A stretch of 64,000 nucleotides of DNA from a virus. Under the pieces are notes generated by a model. It had not been told where the DNA came from and searched no databases. It saw nothing but the letters and a program-made list of their open reading frames with translations. Positions 28,327-38,269 of this stretch are shown here, piece after piece. The translations under genes and the position numbers were made by a program. Location: positions 32,001 through 96,000 of IMG/VR virus record IMGVR_UViG_3300021960_000030. One strand, given 5' to 3'. Numbering within the stretch: the stretch's first letter is position 1; each line of letters opens with the position of its first letter.

Positions 28327-28955
28327 ATTGTCAACCTATTGGTACAGTCTCCGTACTGTCCATGCAACCAATAGTTGAACGCAACACTATACCGATCCGA
28401 CAGACTTCGGTTAGGTTCAACACTATGCTCTACAGTTGATGGGAACAGCAATATCAATGCTTCCTCAGCAGGTATAGACCAGCACGATGAGTTGTAGACA
28501 TTGTGCTCAACAATATCAGGTCTCATTGCTGGTGTTGTATATGTGTCACGATTGGAATCTGCGTGAAACAATATATCCCCACAGTTGGGTGGCGTCTTTA
28601 TGTATATGACACCACTATACATTGAGTTGCAATGTGTATGTTTGTGTGCAGAATGACCTATTTTGTGTCTAGTTGCCCACGAACAATGATGCCGTGCTAC
28701 ATATCTCTTATCGAAGCACAGTATGTTATACAAATAGTGATTCAGATGTCTCTCAACCAGTGCCTTTAACTCTGGGCACCCATCTAATAGTCTTTGGTTG
28801 GAAGTATTCTCACCATTCTTCTCTTGTGGGTCAGAATAATACTCCTGATTAACAACATACTCCACTATCTCTGTAGACAGTGGAGCATTGCGAGACACAT
28901 ATAATGGATTGTTGAACAGTGGAAAGACTGATCTATCGTAATCACCTAAGTTCAT
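28323..28955 (-). CDS. 2OG-Fe(II) oxygenase, TIGR02466-like
   Basis: HTHCNSMYSGVIY...LFPSTVEHSV...RYSVAFN. Confidence 0.9.
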   Translation of the reverse strand: MNLGDYDRSVFPLFNNPLYVSRNAPLSTEIVEYVVNQEYYSDPQEKNGENTSNQRLLDGCPELKALVERHLNHYLYNILCFDKRYVARHHCSWATRHKIGHSAHKHTHCNSMYSGVIYIKTPPNCGDILFHADSNRDTYTTPAMRPDIVEHNVYNSSCWSIPAEEALILLFPSTVEHSVEPNRSLSDRYSVAFNYWLHGQYGDCTNRLTI

Positions 28956-29560
28956 AGCACCAAATCTCGTGTGGGTGCACTGAAGTCACCCTTCATGATT
29001 ACATTAAATCCTAATGAATATCTATCTTGTATAGACTCATTGTATCCTGTGTAGTGGTCTACATGTGCAGGGAAGCATACAATCATGCCACGCTCAGGTA
29101 CAATCTGCCAGATGCGTGAGTTGAATATATTATTCTCCCATGTTCGTGGTTCCAATGTACCTGTGTTCCATGTGGCATGATTATATGATGCCTCAAAGAT
29201 AATGTTGCCACTATCATCAGGCACGTCAAGATACAGGCAACCTGTGAACATACTATTGGTATGTCCATGCCTGTCTGCTCTTTCACCTGGGCGATGTTTA
29301 TTCACCCATGAGCATACAATCTCACACGTCACTCGATCATCAATAGCGAGGACATTGTGAGCATAGTGGGCAATATGTCCAAGACAAATGTGATGCAGTT
29401 GTGGATACCTTCGTAAAATCTGAGTATCAACAGTCTGCATCCCATCTGCCCGCTTGGGGTAATCCTTATATTCTTCCTGTTTGATTAAATCTATCTCATC
29501 TTGTGGAATGTCATAGGTGTCAACAAATACAGGTGTGGAGAATATAGGAAAGACAGTCAT
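28952..29560 (-). CDS. 2OG-Fe(II) oxygenase, TIGR02466-like
   Basis: SWVN..HGHTNSMFTGCLY...FPAHVDH...RYSLGFN. Confidence 0.9.
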   Translation of the reverse strand: MTVFPIFSTPVFVDTYDIPQDEIDLIKQEEYKDYPKRADGMQTVDTQILRRYPQLHHICLGHIAHYAHNVLAIDDRVTCEIVCSWVNKHRPGERADRHGHTNSMFTGCLYLDVPDDSGNIIFEASYNHATWNTGTLEPRTWENNIFNSRIWQIVPERGMIVCFPAHVDHYTGYNESIQDRYSLGFNVIMKGDFSAPTRDLVL

Positions 29561-29727
29561 TTTTCAGTGGGTTCAAGATGTAATGTAGTAACGATCTCAT
29601 GAATCGTAGCACGTTGTTTAGGACTGATGTCTCCCTGCCTTTTATAGAGGTCAGAGAGTAATAGTAACATTGCCCTCTTAAGTAATCCTTTTGCCTCGTG
29701 ACTAAGTTGTGCTGACTTGAGGAACAT
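29557..29727 (-). CDS. Small hypothetical protein (MFLKSAQLS...)
   Basis: ORF track 29557..29796. The internal ATG is preferred. Confidence 0.55.
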   Translation of the reverse strand: MFLKSAQLSHEAKGLLKRAMLLLLSDLYKRQGDISPKQRATIHEIVTTLHLEPTEK

Positions 29728-30211
29728 CGGTCTCGTTCTCCTTACGAGTTTCGTAGTATTGTCCGACGATAGTGACACGGTTGCCCTTGAAACCAATCGT
29801 CTGTCGTAATCTTACCGTGTCATTATGTAAAAGTCGAATCTCTTCACGAAATCTTTGTTTTCCATATTCTGTATCAAAGAGGATAGTATCCTCATCAATC
29901 ATAGTTACATCAGTCATGGTGGGACTGGAGGTCATATATCCCTGAGAGCGATACATCTTCCCATCCTTACTATTGATTCCGACAAGCATCTCACCAGATG
30001 AAGCAGGTTCACCTGAACTATATTTAACAGTTTCCCATCCAAACTTTACATAATAGTCACTGTGGACATCTTCTGGGATGACTGCTTTCTCAGCATCATT
30101 TAGTTCACCAACGAGGAGTTCACTGGTCATGAGTTCTGCACTCTCACCATACAAATATCTACGGTGGGAATGCCATTCACCTTTCGATCTATCGAACCAT
30201 TGTGTAATCAT
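29702..30211 (-). CDS. CpcS/CpeS/CpcV-type phycobiliprotein lyase
   Basis: WFDRSKGEWHSHRRY, RSQGY, TEY...FREEIRL...RLRQT and YYETR fit the S-type lyase barrel. Confidence 0.75.
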   Translation of the reverse strand: MITQWFDRSKGEWHSHRRYLYGESAELMTSELLVGELNDAEKAVIPEDVHSDYYVKFGWETVKYSSGEPASSGEMLVGINSKDGKMYRSQGYMTSSPTMTDVTMIDEDTILFDTEYGKQRFREEIRLLHNDTVRLRQTIGFKGNRVTIVGQYYETRKENETDVPQVSTT

Positions 30212-30744
30212 ACTGACCTCTTCAGATTTACATTTAGAACGACACGAATGCCTTCCTTGGGTGGTGTTGATGCATGTAGAATATGTCCAGGGAAATGTAC
30301 TACACGACCCTGCCTACAGTCTACACTATCAGTGAGTTCTAGTCTGTCATTGAAGAACAACGTGGGTGCTTTTTCGTTTTCAGTTATATACCACAACACC
30401 ACGTCATGTTCCTCACTGAAGTCTACATGTGGTTTGTTATGTTTCTTCTTGGTAGGATACAACAAACCCAATCGTGCACGATATATATCCTCATGACTAT
30501 ATCCATACAGACTTGCAAACTGACACAACTCTAGATGAAATAGATCATAGTATGGTGATCGTACCTCATAGTCCATCTTTAATAGATGCATGAATGCACC
30601 ACCACCAGAGGGCACAAGGTCTGTGGCATCAGGTATATAATGCCATGGAAACTCAGGCGAGGTAACTATACGTTCAATCTCTTTTGTTGCTACATCAGAG
30701 ATTAAGTGCGTATTGATTTCTGTCTGGTTTGTTCTCAGGATCAT
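30208..30744 (-). CDS. 2OG-Fe(II) oxygenase-like protein
   Basis: FPWHY, PHVD, FPGHILHASTPP..RVVLNVN. Confidence 0.8.
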   Translation of the reverse strand: MILRTNQTEINTHLISDVATKEIERIVTSPEFPWHYIPDATDLVPSGGGAFMHLLKMDYEVRSPYYDLFHLELCQFASLYGYSHEDIYRARLGLLYPTKKKHNKPHVDFSEEHDVVLWYITENEKAPTLFFNDRLELTDSVDCRQGRVVHFPGHILHASTPPKEGIRVVLNVNLKRSV

Positions 30745-31387
30745 GCCAACATGGAATACTTAGGGACAGTCGTTCTTGATCAGGACGAGCACAATGATAG
30801 CAGCGTGATGGTATATACAACATGTCTCCAGGTTGTAGTACCGTATCGATTGCAGGTGTTACTTCATCCTTACTAGGATTATAGGGGAATCCAGTATATT
30901 TGACAAGTGTACTCACTCTCTCATTATATACTGTCCAGTGTGTCTCACCATGTATTTGCATGATGAAGTTTGCTGGTTGATCCCAATGAATCTTGAATGA
31001 ACTTGCACCACCTAATGCACCATAAATGTGTGCATCACATGCTACATCGAATGTACCCTCAATCCTACGCAGCAATGCATTAACACGAGCATTGTGATGA
31101 CCATACTTAGCGATCACAAATGTGTTGTTCCTATTGACAAGTTCAAAGATAACTTTCTTGTCTGGATGCCAGTTACCATGCCACGGGTGAGGCACAGTGG
31201 GCATAGGAACTTTGGTGTTGTTGTTATCTAAAATCTCAACATTATACACCCAGGGATTGTTTAGGCAATGCTCAACATCTGCCCAGTGCACATACTCTGT
31301 GGGTGTGTCACATACACCCTTGAATAACATCGGGGTGTCACCACATGTGTAGTGGTTAGGATTCAGAAATGGATACGAAATGGACAT
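30695..31387 (-). CDS. JmjC/cupin-4 oxygenase
   Basis: SFKIHWD...QIHGETHW...LQPGDMLYIPSRCYH..R..RLSLSI. The Lys of the usual GxKxW motif is replaced. Confidence 0.85.
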   Translation of the reverse strand: MSISYPFLNPNHYTCGDTPMLFKGVCDTPTEYVHWADVEHCLNNPWVYNVEILDNNNTKVPMPTVPHPWHGNWHPDKKVIFELVNRNNTFVIAKYGHHNARVNALLRRIEGTFDVACDAHIYGALGGASSFKIHWDQPANFIMQIHGETHWTVYNERVSTLVKYTGFPYNPSKDEVTPAIDTVLQPGDMLYIPSRCYHCARPDQERLSLSIPCWHDPENKPDRNQYALNL

Positions 31388-32055
31388 TTAGATTCCCTCT
31401 TCATGATTAAATCCCAGGACTTATATGGTGCCCAGTGTTTGAGTTGCTGATCCTGTTTGATCCTTTCTAGTTTATCAGGAGATGGTGTCTTTCTACTCAG
31501 TTTGAATGTATCTTTACCACGCACAAACTTAGCATGAAAGATAGGTGTGCCACGTTTGATTACTATATCGTCATCAATACGATGAGGAACAATACCAATG
31601 GGCAACGATCTCATCCATGATGAGACAGGAAATGTGCCAGGGACAACACTAAACCCATGTTGTGCAACTGTGGGGTGTCCAGTATATTCTACCCACACAT
31701 TCTTGGCATCAGTCCAGAACAATGTATTGTATCTGATTTGTATCTCAGGCAGTTCATCATTCCACCAGTTAGGACTAATCATGAACAGATCTTGGAGTTT
31801 ATCTCCATGCGTATCAGATCCGATCATGCGATGCTCATTGCTACACCTGAAGTGTAGATCAAATGGGAAATAGAATGTCCACCTATTCTTACACCACTCT
31901 TTGTGTGCTGGGCAATACATATGGTCGTGAGACTTTATCCCATCATTGTATGCAATGGTGGGTGTAATCTCCCAATCTTCAGCAAAGGTAGGAATCTGGT
32001 AGTCCTCATCAGGACCAGAAGGAATCACTGATGTGTGATATACATTTACTGCCAT
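31363..32055 (-). CDS. Hypothetical protein (DUF6065-like, CPA motif)
   Basis: YCPA...FYFPFD...VVPG...IKRGTPI and a C-terminal KCPF. Similar to 33709..34431. Confidence 0.6.
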   Translation of the reverse strand: MAVNVYHTSVIPSGPDEDYQIPTFAEDWEITPTIAYNDGIKSHDHMYCPAHKEWCKNRWTFYFPFDLHFRCSNEHRMIGSDTHGDKLQDLFMISPNWWNDELPEIQIRYNTLFWTDAKNVWVEYTGHPTVAQHGFSVVPGTFPVSSWMRSLPIGIVPHRIDDDIVIKRGTPIFHAKFVRGKDTFKLSRKTPSPDKLERIKQDQQLKHWAPYKSWDLIMKRESKCPFRIHF

Positions 32056-32681
32056 GATCTTGTTGTGTCTGGATATACACCTTCCTTAACACGGAAGTTA
32101 AATGATACAGAGATACGATCCATGTCTGATCTATTCTCTGTCACAGAATGTGGTTGCCATGCAGGGAACAGAATCATCTTGTTCTCTACAGCACGATAAG
32201 TTACAGAGTCCCAGGTGATCTGATTGTCACCACGATTGCAGGAGGTATATGCACCCAAGGAATGATACATGTGTGCGGTTGCTGCATCTCTACGGATACT
32301 AATAGCACCAGCATCAGCAGGCAATGGTGCCACCTGCAGATATACAACACCAGACAACACAGCACCAGGATGTGTATGTAATGCCATACGATCTCCTGGT
32401 GGGACACTAATGAACCAGAAGCGATCCATCTCAGCATATGTATTCAAAGGTCCGAAGTCTTGGAATGCTTCGTTTGCCTTTGCTTCTACTTGTCTGACAA
32501 AACTACCAACAACACACTTGCTATCACGATACTGTGATGCCAGGAGATTGCAGGATTCATAACTACCCCCATTCATCTTGTTGGGGTTCATGTAGTCAAC
32601 ACTGAATGCCAGTAGGGCATCAGTATTCAGATCGACATCATCATGCCAGACTGGTGTGGGGAAAAGGAACTCAACATTCAT
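32046..32681 (-). CDS. 2OG-Fe(II) oxygenase, TIGR02466-like
   Basis: LFPTPVW, HTHPGAVLSGVVY, FPAWQPHSV, RISVSFN. Confidence 0.9.
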   Translation of the reverse strand: MNVEFLFPTPVWHDDVDLNTDALLAFSVDYMNPNKMNGGSYESCNLLASQYRDSKCVVGSFVRQVEAKANEAFQDFGPLNTYAEMDRFWFISVPPGDRMALHTHPGAVLSGVVYLQVAPLPADAGAISIRRDAATAHMYHSLGAYTSCNRGDNQITWDSVTYRAVENKMILFPAWQPHSVTENRSDMDRISVSFNFRVKEGVYPDTTRSWQ

Positions 32682-33330
32682 TGATCTTCTTTACGATGCC
32701 GTACGATATTCTATCATGAGTTTGCACAGGAACAAGGTTGAAGGAGATCGAGATGCGTTCTTCTTGAGTCTCACTCCTCTCTACCTTGTGTGGCAACCAT
32801 GCTGGGAACATTATACACCTATTCACCATCGGTGGGTAACTAAACTGATTCCATAACCAAGGTTCACCCTCACCCAATGCAAAGTCCTGCATTGTACCTA
32901 CTGAAGAGAAGTTAAATGCACTTGAATGATCTCTACAAAATACAATCTTGCCTGCATCTTCGGGTGCAGTGACATAGTATGCACCAGAGATTACAGAACC
33001 AGGATGTGTATGCGTGACATTGTAATCACTGCCGTTGTTTATATTGATCCACAGATTTGCTAACTCCACATGTGTACCCTGTGGTTCAAATCGTGCATAG
33101 ATTTCTGATGCCATCTCTGTGAGACGATTGGCAAGTTTGCCCAACTCATCATCAACAGTTAATAGATGTGCACCATTAAAATCATTTGACTGATACCCAC
33201 CAACATTTGATCTAATCTGACCACCATACTCATCACGAACATGGTGGCAGATAGTCGTCAGTTCATTGGTATCGAGTTCAAAGTCCTGCCACCATACTGG
33301 TGTAGGAAATAACAACTCTTGCGTAATCAT
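32671..33330 (-). CDS. 2OG-Fe(II) oxygenase, TIGR02466-like
   Basis: LFPTPVW, SNVGGYQS, WININ, HTHPGSVISGAYY, FPAWLPH, RISISFN. Confidence 0.92.
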   Translation of the reverse strand: MITQELLFPTPVWWQDFELDTNELTTICHHVRDEYGGQIRSNVGGYQSNDFNGAHLLTVDDELGKLANRLTEMASEIYARFEPQGTHVELANLWININNGSDYNVTHTHPGSVISGAYYVTAPEDAGKIVFCRDHSSAFNFSSVGTMQDFALGEGEPWLWNQFSYPPMVNRCIMFPAWLPHKVERSETQEERISISFNLVPVQTHDRISYGIVKKINEC

Positions 33331-33728
33331 TACAAACCGATATTAACTTTCGGTGCGTCGTAATCGGGATGCCATTCTTCCAGTTCTTTATACTTCTCAC
33401 CCGATTTACCCTTTGTTCTCACCTTAGGTGCGGGACGCTCAGGTTCAATAACGTATGTGCGTTCTTCTTTACCTTCGATCTGAGTGAAGATGATATTCAG
33501 AGCATCAAGTGCACCCTCAATCTTTACAAGTTCATCACGCTTTCCTTGGAGATCTCTAAGATCGAATGTGGTACCACTTGTTTGTGAGGTGGGATTATTC
33601 GCGACACCATCGACTTGACCTTTGAGCACAAGATATTCTTCCATCTTGACTGCATGTTGCAGTGCAAGATTATCCCACAGTTCATCGATGGACGATACTT
33701 TAAGTTCTTCAGACATGACGGTTCTCAA
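33330..33728 (-). CDS. Hypothetical coiled-coil protein
   Basis: ORF track. Confidence 0.7.
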   Translation of the reverse strand: MRTVMSEELKVSSIDELWDNLALQHAVKMEEYLVLKGQVDGVANNPTSQTSGTTFDLRDLQGKRDELVKIEGALDALNIIFTQIEGKEERTYVIEPERPAPKVRTKGKSGEKYKELEEWHPDYDAPKVNIGL

Positions 33729-34431
33729 TAATCTTTTGGTTGTTTTTAAGGACGCTATGTGTATCTATGTTAAACTTAGATGTCATATTATATGAGATCG
33801 CTGCTTCAAACATGCGATCAGATTCATTAGCATCCTCGACTACATAGTCCCACTGTCTAAGCGATTTGCGAAGAATAGGTGTGACTTGAAATAGTGGCGT
33901 TCCTGCTTCAATGAGTGTCTCACCCTCTAACACATGCCAATAAAGTTGTGCATTGAGTTGTGGAACTCTTGTGGGATCAAAGATACCACTTGCAGCAGTA
34001 AAACGCTTCTCACCATTATATAGCACTGGGGATTGGATAAGCACAATATCCTTCGGTGCCCACACTCTCCAGGTTGTACCCACCTTGATCACAGAATCCA
34101 TACTGTGAGGTGGTGCAGATTCCTTTGCTTGCTTATCATCATGGATCGTAATGAATCCATTGTCAGTATCAAGCAACGTAGGAGACTTCCAATCTACAGT
34201 AACCCCATCACCATTGGTGATGATGTAGAAGTCACACGGAGCAGGAATAATAAACCCCGTATTGCTCCATTGTTTCAGTGCAGGACACTTGCTGGCATGT
34301 TGTTGTATAGCAGCAAATGGGCACTTTGACATACTGCGTTCCAGTTTGTGTGCTGGATATACAGGATGGCAATCTTTTACACCTGGGACTGTAGACCAAA
34401 ACCTGATAGGTTTTCTCTTACGAAACAGCAT
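33709..34431 (-). CDS. Hypothetical protein (DUF6065-like, CPA motif)
   Basis: KCPA...GFIIPAPCD...SGIFD...IEAGTPLFQVTP. Confidence 0.65.
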   Translation of the reverse strand: MLFRKRKPIRFWSTVPGVKDCHPVYPAHKLERSMSKCPFAAIQQHASKCPALKQWSNTGFIIPAPCDFYIITNGDGVTVDWKSPTLLDTDNGFITIHDDKQAKESAPPHSMDSVIKVGTTWRVWAPKDIVLIQSPVLYNGEKRFTAASGIFDPTRVPQLNAQLYWHVLEGETLIEAGTPLFQVTPILRKSLRQWDYVVEDANESDRMFEAAISYNMTSKFNIDTHSVLKNNQKIIENRHV

Positions 34432-35971
34432 AGATGGTGTCCCTCAAATACTCATAAGATGTAGGTAGTTGCTTGATATATTCTAGCGCACAGTACATAT
34501 GACTGTCAACCTGAGCATCCCACTGTGCAACAGGTGGAGTGCCAAATCGTTTCTCAGTGATAATCTGTCCCTGTCCTCTAAGTGTAGCGAAGTCATTACC
34601 AGCGAGAACATACAAATCACCAGTAAACTCCTCAGGAAACTCATGCTTGACATACTTACAATCTGTCAGCAGTCGGAATGGATTATCCTCAGGATGATTC
34701 ATGGCAAAGTGATTCTTTGCGTAGTCAATCTCTTCGGTCACATACCTCCAGTATGCTGTATCTCTACGCATCGAGAAGGCATAATGCCATGCAATGAAAT
34801 CAGCAAATCCATCAATCTCACGATCAGCAGCATTATTGAACATTGCCTTTTCAATACTACTAACCACACCACCTCTAGTCTGTAGTGTTTCAATCAGACG
34901 ACGAATCTGTTCATGTACCGTCAACAATCCAGTGGACTCTAGTGGTTCTAAGAATCCATAGGAAAGACCAACACCAACAACATTCTTCACCCATGCTTTC
35001 TCATGCTTGCCACTGCGAAGATCAATGACACGGAAATCATCAGGTACATTTGTATGATGTTTGGCAAGATGCTCTCTGAACTCTTGTTCTGCACCTGATT
35101 CATTCTGAAACTTATCACACCAGACATATCCTGTGCCTGATCTAGTCCACAGAGGTACCTTCCATACCCATCCATTGCCTAGTGCAGTACAGTTTGTATA
35201 GTTGACAATCTGAGTTGATGCATCATGATGCGGAATACGACAGACCGTTGCCTTATTGTTGGGGAGAATGTCATTGAATGGGATATGCTTAGACCCCATC
35301 AATCCTTCCAGCAACACAGACTTAAATCCTGTGCAGTCAACAAATAGATCTGCCTTTAGGAATACATTGGTGTCAAGGTGCAGACGTTCGATGTTACCTT
35401 GCTCATCAAAGTCTGCATCCATAACATGTCCTTGAACGTATTTCACGTTCTTGCACACATTATTCTTCAACCATTGACCAAACTTGACTGCATCCATGTG
35501 ATAGGAATAGTCCGTCCCCATGTCACCCCACTTACCAGAATCATCGATTCTGTTTTCTTCCATCAACAATGTGTTCCCATTTATCATTCTGGCGAATGAG
35601 TTAGGGTGTGAGTATTTCTCAGGATAAGCATTACGAAGCGCCCAGAAAGATACAAGTCCCCCAGGCAAAGCAGCGTTAGAAGGATCCACAAAAGGATAAT
35701 CCCAGTGCGTACCGTCTTTCTTGTAGAAGTCTGTGAATCTGATTCCAACTTTATGTGTTGCTTCACAATCTGCCATCCACTCTTCATCTTTCAACCCGAG
35801 CAAACACATATACATGTTGATATGCCCTAAAGTAGATTCCCCGACGCCAGTAATAGGCACATCGGGGGACTCTACAAGGGTTACGTTATATTCAGGGAGG
35901 AGTCTTTCAAAGGCGGCAGCGGTCATCCAACCAGCAGATCCACCGCCTACAATAACAACATTACGAATCAT
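34418..35971 (-). CDS. Flavin-dependent (tryptophan-halogenase family) halogenase
   Basis: GGGSAG, GVGEST, catalytic Lys in ATHKVGIRF, DCTGF, WVWKVP and FLEPLESTG. Confidence 0.93.
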   Translation of the reverse strand: MIRNVVIVGGGSAGWMTAAAFERLLPEYNVTLVESPDVPITGVGESTLGHINMYMCLLGLKDEEWMADCEATHKVGIRFTDFYKKDGTHWDYPFVDPSNAALPGGLVSFWALRNAYPEKYSHPNSFARMINGNTLLMEENRIDDSGKWGDMGTDYSYHMDAVKFGQWLKNNVCKNVKYVQGHVMDADFDEQGNIERLHLDTNVFLKADLFVDCTGFKSVLLEGLMGSKHIPFNDILPNNKATVCRIPHHDASTQIVNYTNCTALGNGWVWKVPLWTRSGTGYVWCDKFQNESGAEQEFREHLAKHHTNVPDDFRVIDLRSGKHEKAWVKNVVGVGLSYGFLEPLESTGLLTVHEQIRRLIETLQTRGGVVSSIEKAMFNNAADREIDGFADFIAWHYAFSMRRDTAYWRYVTEEIDYAKNHFAMNHPEDNPFRLLTDCKYVKHEFPEEFTGDLYVLAGNDFATLRGQGQIITEKRFGTPPVAQWDAQVDSHMYCALEYIKQLPTSYEYLRDTIYAVS

Positions 35972-35974
35972 ACT

Positions 35975-36547
35975 TTAGTTCCACTCAGGCATTGCATCTC
36001 TAGGAAGTACGGGATCCTGATTAGGATCAAATGGGCAACCGTCACCCTCAACCATATGGGTGACATACAGTTTATAGTCGGGATCATTCACCAGATCGGG
36101 GAATGCTTCCTCTGCCTCTGCACGAGTCATCCATGCAGGGATGTCCTCATTATGAGACCATGGTTTATACTTATCGATCGGTTGTCCGTTCTCATCATAC
36201 TCCAACTCACCGTACTTGGCAAGAGTTTCATCCTTGACAGATTGAACTGCCTTGAAAAACTTACCTTCTTTTGCTGCTTCACCAAACACTCCTGCCTTGA
36301 TGTCATCAAACAGTCTAGCAAACTGTGCACCAGATGCACCATAACCAACGATTCTTGCTGCGAAAGGATCAACATGACCATGATCAGGAATCCACTCGTT
36401 AAACTCAAGTTTCCAATCGAGTGTTATCTCATCGGGTGCATCTACCCAGCGAAGTTTAGCGCCAGGACCAGTGTAGATCTCAAACTCTGCGCCTGGGTCT
36501 ACAATGTCGGTTGGAAATCCTGTTGCGGAAATAAGTGCTCTTTTCAT
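35975..36547 (-). CDS. Probable tail-fibre assembly chaperone-like protein
   Basis: Follows the Gly-rich fibre gene. R..GYG..GAQF..LFDDI..G....F..AV..VK resembles phage fibre-associated chaperone families. Confidence 0.5.
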   Translation of the reverse strand: MKRALISATGFPTDIVDPGAEFEIYTGPGAKLRWVDAPDEITLDWKLEFNEWIPDHGHVDPFAARIVGYGASGAQFARLFDDIKAGVFGEAAKEGKFFKAVQSVKDETLAKYGELEYDENGQPIDKYKPWSHNEDIPAWMTRAEAEEAFPDLVNDPDYKLYVTHMVEGDGCPFDPNQDPVLPRDAMPEWN

Positions 36548-36554
36548 TTGATTA

Positions 36555-37358
36555 TCAGTTGAAGTTGTAGACTACCACATAACCTTGGCGACCATCGCCA
36601 CCACGCTCAGAGTTACGACCAGCGGTACCGCCAGCACCCCATGCAGCGTGTCCACGGTGGTTCTGAGACCATTGTTGTTGGTGGTGAGAAGTACCAGAGG
36701 CACCACCCCAGAAAGAGGATCCACCGAATCCAATGCCAGGTTGACCGTTTTCGTGACCGTTACCAGATCCACCATAGACCTGAATAGCACCCTGAGAAGG
36801 CGAACCACCAAGACCACCAACGTGTTGACGCTGACGGTTAGCACCCTGACCACCGCCAGAAGAACAATAGTTACCAAAAGAAGAGGAACCACCGTTACCA
36901 GAACGACCCGAGTAACCGTCGCCACCACCACCACCGCCAACAGTCACGCCGATGGAGTTGATGTTAGCAACGTCAACGATCTGTTCTGTGTGTGCACCAG
37001 CACCACCAGATTCACCGTAACCAGATCCACCACCGCCACCAGCAGTACACTTCACCCAGATACGCTTAACACCGCTGGGTTTGTTCCAAGTGCTGTTGTT
37101 ATTATATACGTTGATGGAAATCGGACCACCACCTGCCTCAATAGTGCCCCACGACAATGTACTGCCGTTAGTTGTCAGGTACTTACCAGATTGACCACTC
37201 TGAGAGGGGATAATCTGACCAGAAGAACCAGAGATAGTTCCGTTAATCTGGATGTTAGAAACAGTGAGAGTTCCGTTTGCAGTGATAGAACCACTGGAGA
37301 AGGAAAAACCACCTTGACCAGCGAGGTCTTTTACAGATGCAACTTTTAGGGTACTCAT
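36555..37358 (-). CDS. Glycine-rich tail-fibre tip/adhesin (polyglycine-sandwich type)
   Basis: GKYLTTNGSTLSW fibre motif, WNKPSGVKRIWVKCTAGGGGG, GGGGGG runs and C-terminal GYVVVY. Confidence 0.75.
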   Translation of the reverse strand: MSTLKVASVKDLAGQGGFSFSSGSITANGTLTVSNIQINGTISGSSGQIIPSQSGQSGKYLTTNGSTLSWGTIEAGGGPISINVYNNNSTWNKPSGVKRIWVKCTAGGGGGSGYGESGGAGAHTEQIVDVANINSIGVTVGGGGGGDGYSGRSGNGGSSSFGNYCSSGGGQGANRQRQHVGGLGGSPSQGAIQVYGGSGNGHENGQPGIGFGGSSFWGGASGTSHHQQQWSQNHRGHAAWGAGGTAGRNSERGGDGRQGYVVVYNFN

Positions 37359-37381
37359 TCTTTTGAAACCTCTTTACAACT

Positions 37382-37389
37382 TATTTATA
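37382..37389 (-). promoter_or_regulatory. T4-type late promoter TATAAATA
   Basis: Exact consensus about 25 nt upstream of the adhesin gene. Confidence 0.75.
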
Positions 37390-37393
37390 CAGA

Positions 37394-38269
37394 TCAATAA
37401 CCAATACGGCGACCAATCATACGCCAACCTGCAGCGGATGCATCGTACCAAAGTTCACATTCGATTCTATCATATGTAGATGGGTTACCATTGTTAGAAA
37501 TACTCCACCAAGGAATACCGCTACCATTTACCCTAACACCTGTAATATATCCAGAGGGGGAACCGAAACCACCACGGATAATGAATACAAAGTGGAAGAC
37601 AGATGTCATAATCGATTCACCAGATGTAGGTACATTGGTGAAATCAATAGTGTAGTTAGATCCGCTACCTGAGTCGGAATACCAATATGAAGATCTTCTA
37701 ATATCGATGGGAACTACGCCACCACGATAGAAGTATTCTCTGTGACTTCTTCTTGCCGCTACTTCAAACCCTGCACCAGGGTCCATACGGAAGTGACCAT
37801 CAGAGGAGATAGCGAGGTATCTCTTATACTCATAGGTATCAGTCTGCTTATCTGAGAACACAGTCCATGATGCACCGTTCTCAACAGTTACGGTGTATCC
37901 GTTCTGAATCTCAACCTCACCAAAGGTGAAACCGTTGGTGTACTCATCTCCACCGTTAGCAACAGAACCAACAGTGATATTCTCTTGGATGACTGTACCA
38001 TTCGTACGAATGATTGAACCTTCACCAAGACTAGGACCACCGCCACCTACTGATGCCCAACCAGGCAAACCTTGACGAGCATCTTGCTTATAGATCTGTG
38101 CCTCATCTTCAGTTGTGTTATACACAACAGTACCAAACGCAGGAGTGCCAAGGGCATCAACTTGCGTTTGGTTAAGATCAGGAAGATTGATTTGTTCAGT
38201 AACGTCCCACGATGTCACGATGCCTCGTGTCGTCGCGTTTATCTGGTTACCGATAATCTTTGTCGTCAT
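37394..38269 (-). CDS. Tail fibre-related structural protein
   Basis: GTVVYNTT..Q.Y...W.SVGGG and IIRTNG..I.ENITV..NG.TVTV..GASW fibre modules. Confidence 0.7.
   Translation of the reverse strand: MTTKIIGNQINATTRGIVTSWDVTEQINLPDLNQTQVDALGTPAFGTVVYNTTEDEAQIYKQDARQGLPGWASVGGGGPSLGEGSIIRTNGTVIQENITVGSVANGGDEYTNGFTFGEVEIQNGYTVTVENGASWTVFSDKQTDTYEYKRYLAISSDGHFRMDPGAGFEVAARRSHREYFYRGGVVPIDIRRSSYWYSDSGSGSNYTIDFTNVPTSGESIMTSVFHFVFIIRGGFGSPSGYITGVRVNGSGIPWWSISNNGNPSTYDRIECELWYDASAAGWRMIGRRIGY

Noticed and set aside
27991-35971. Classical RiPP cluster
   Set aside because: No short precursor peptide, protease or transporter is evident. The virion-protein modification hypothesis is kept instead.
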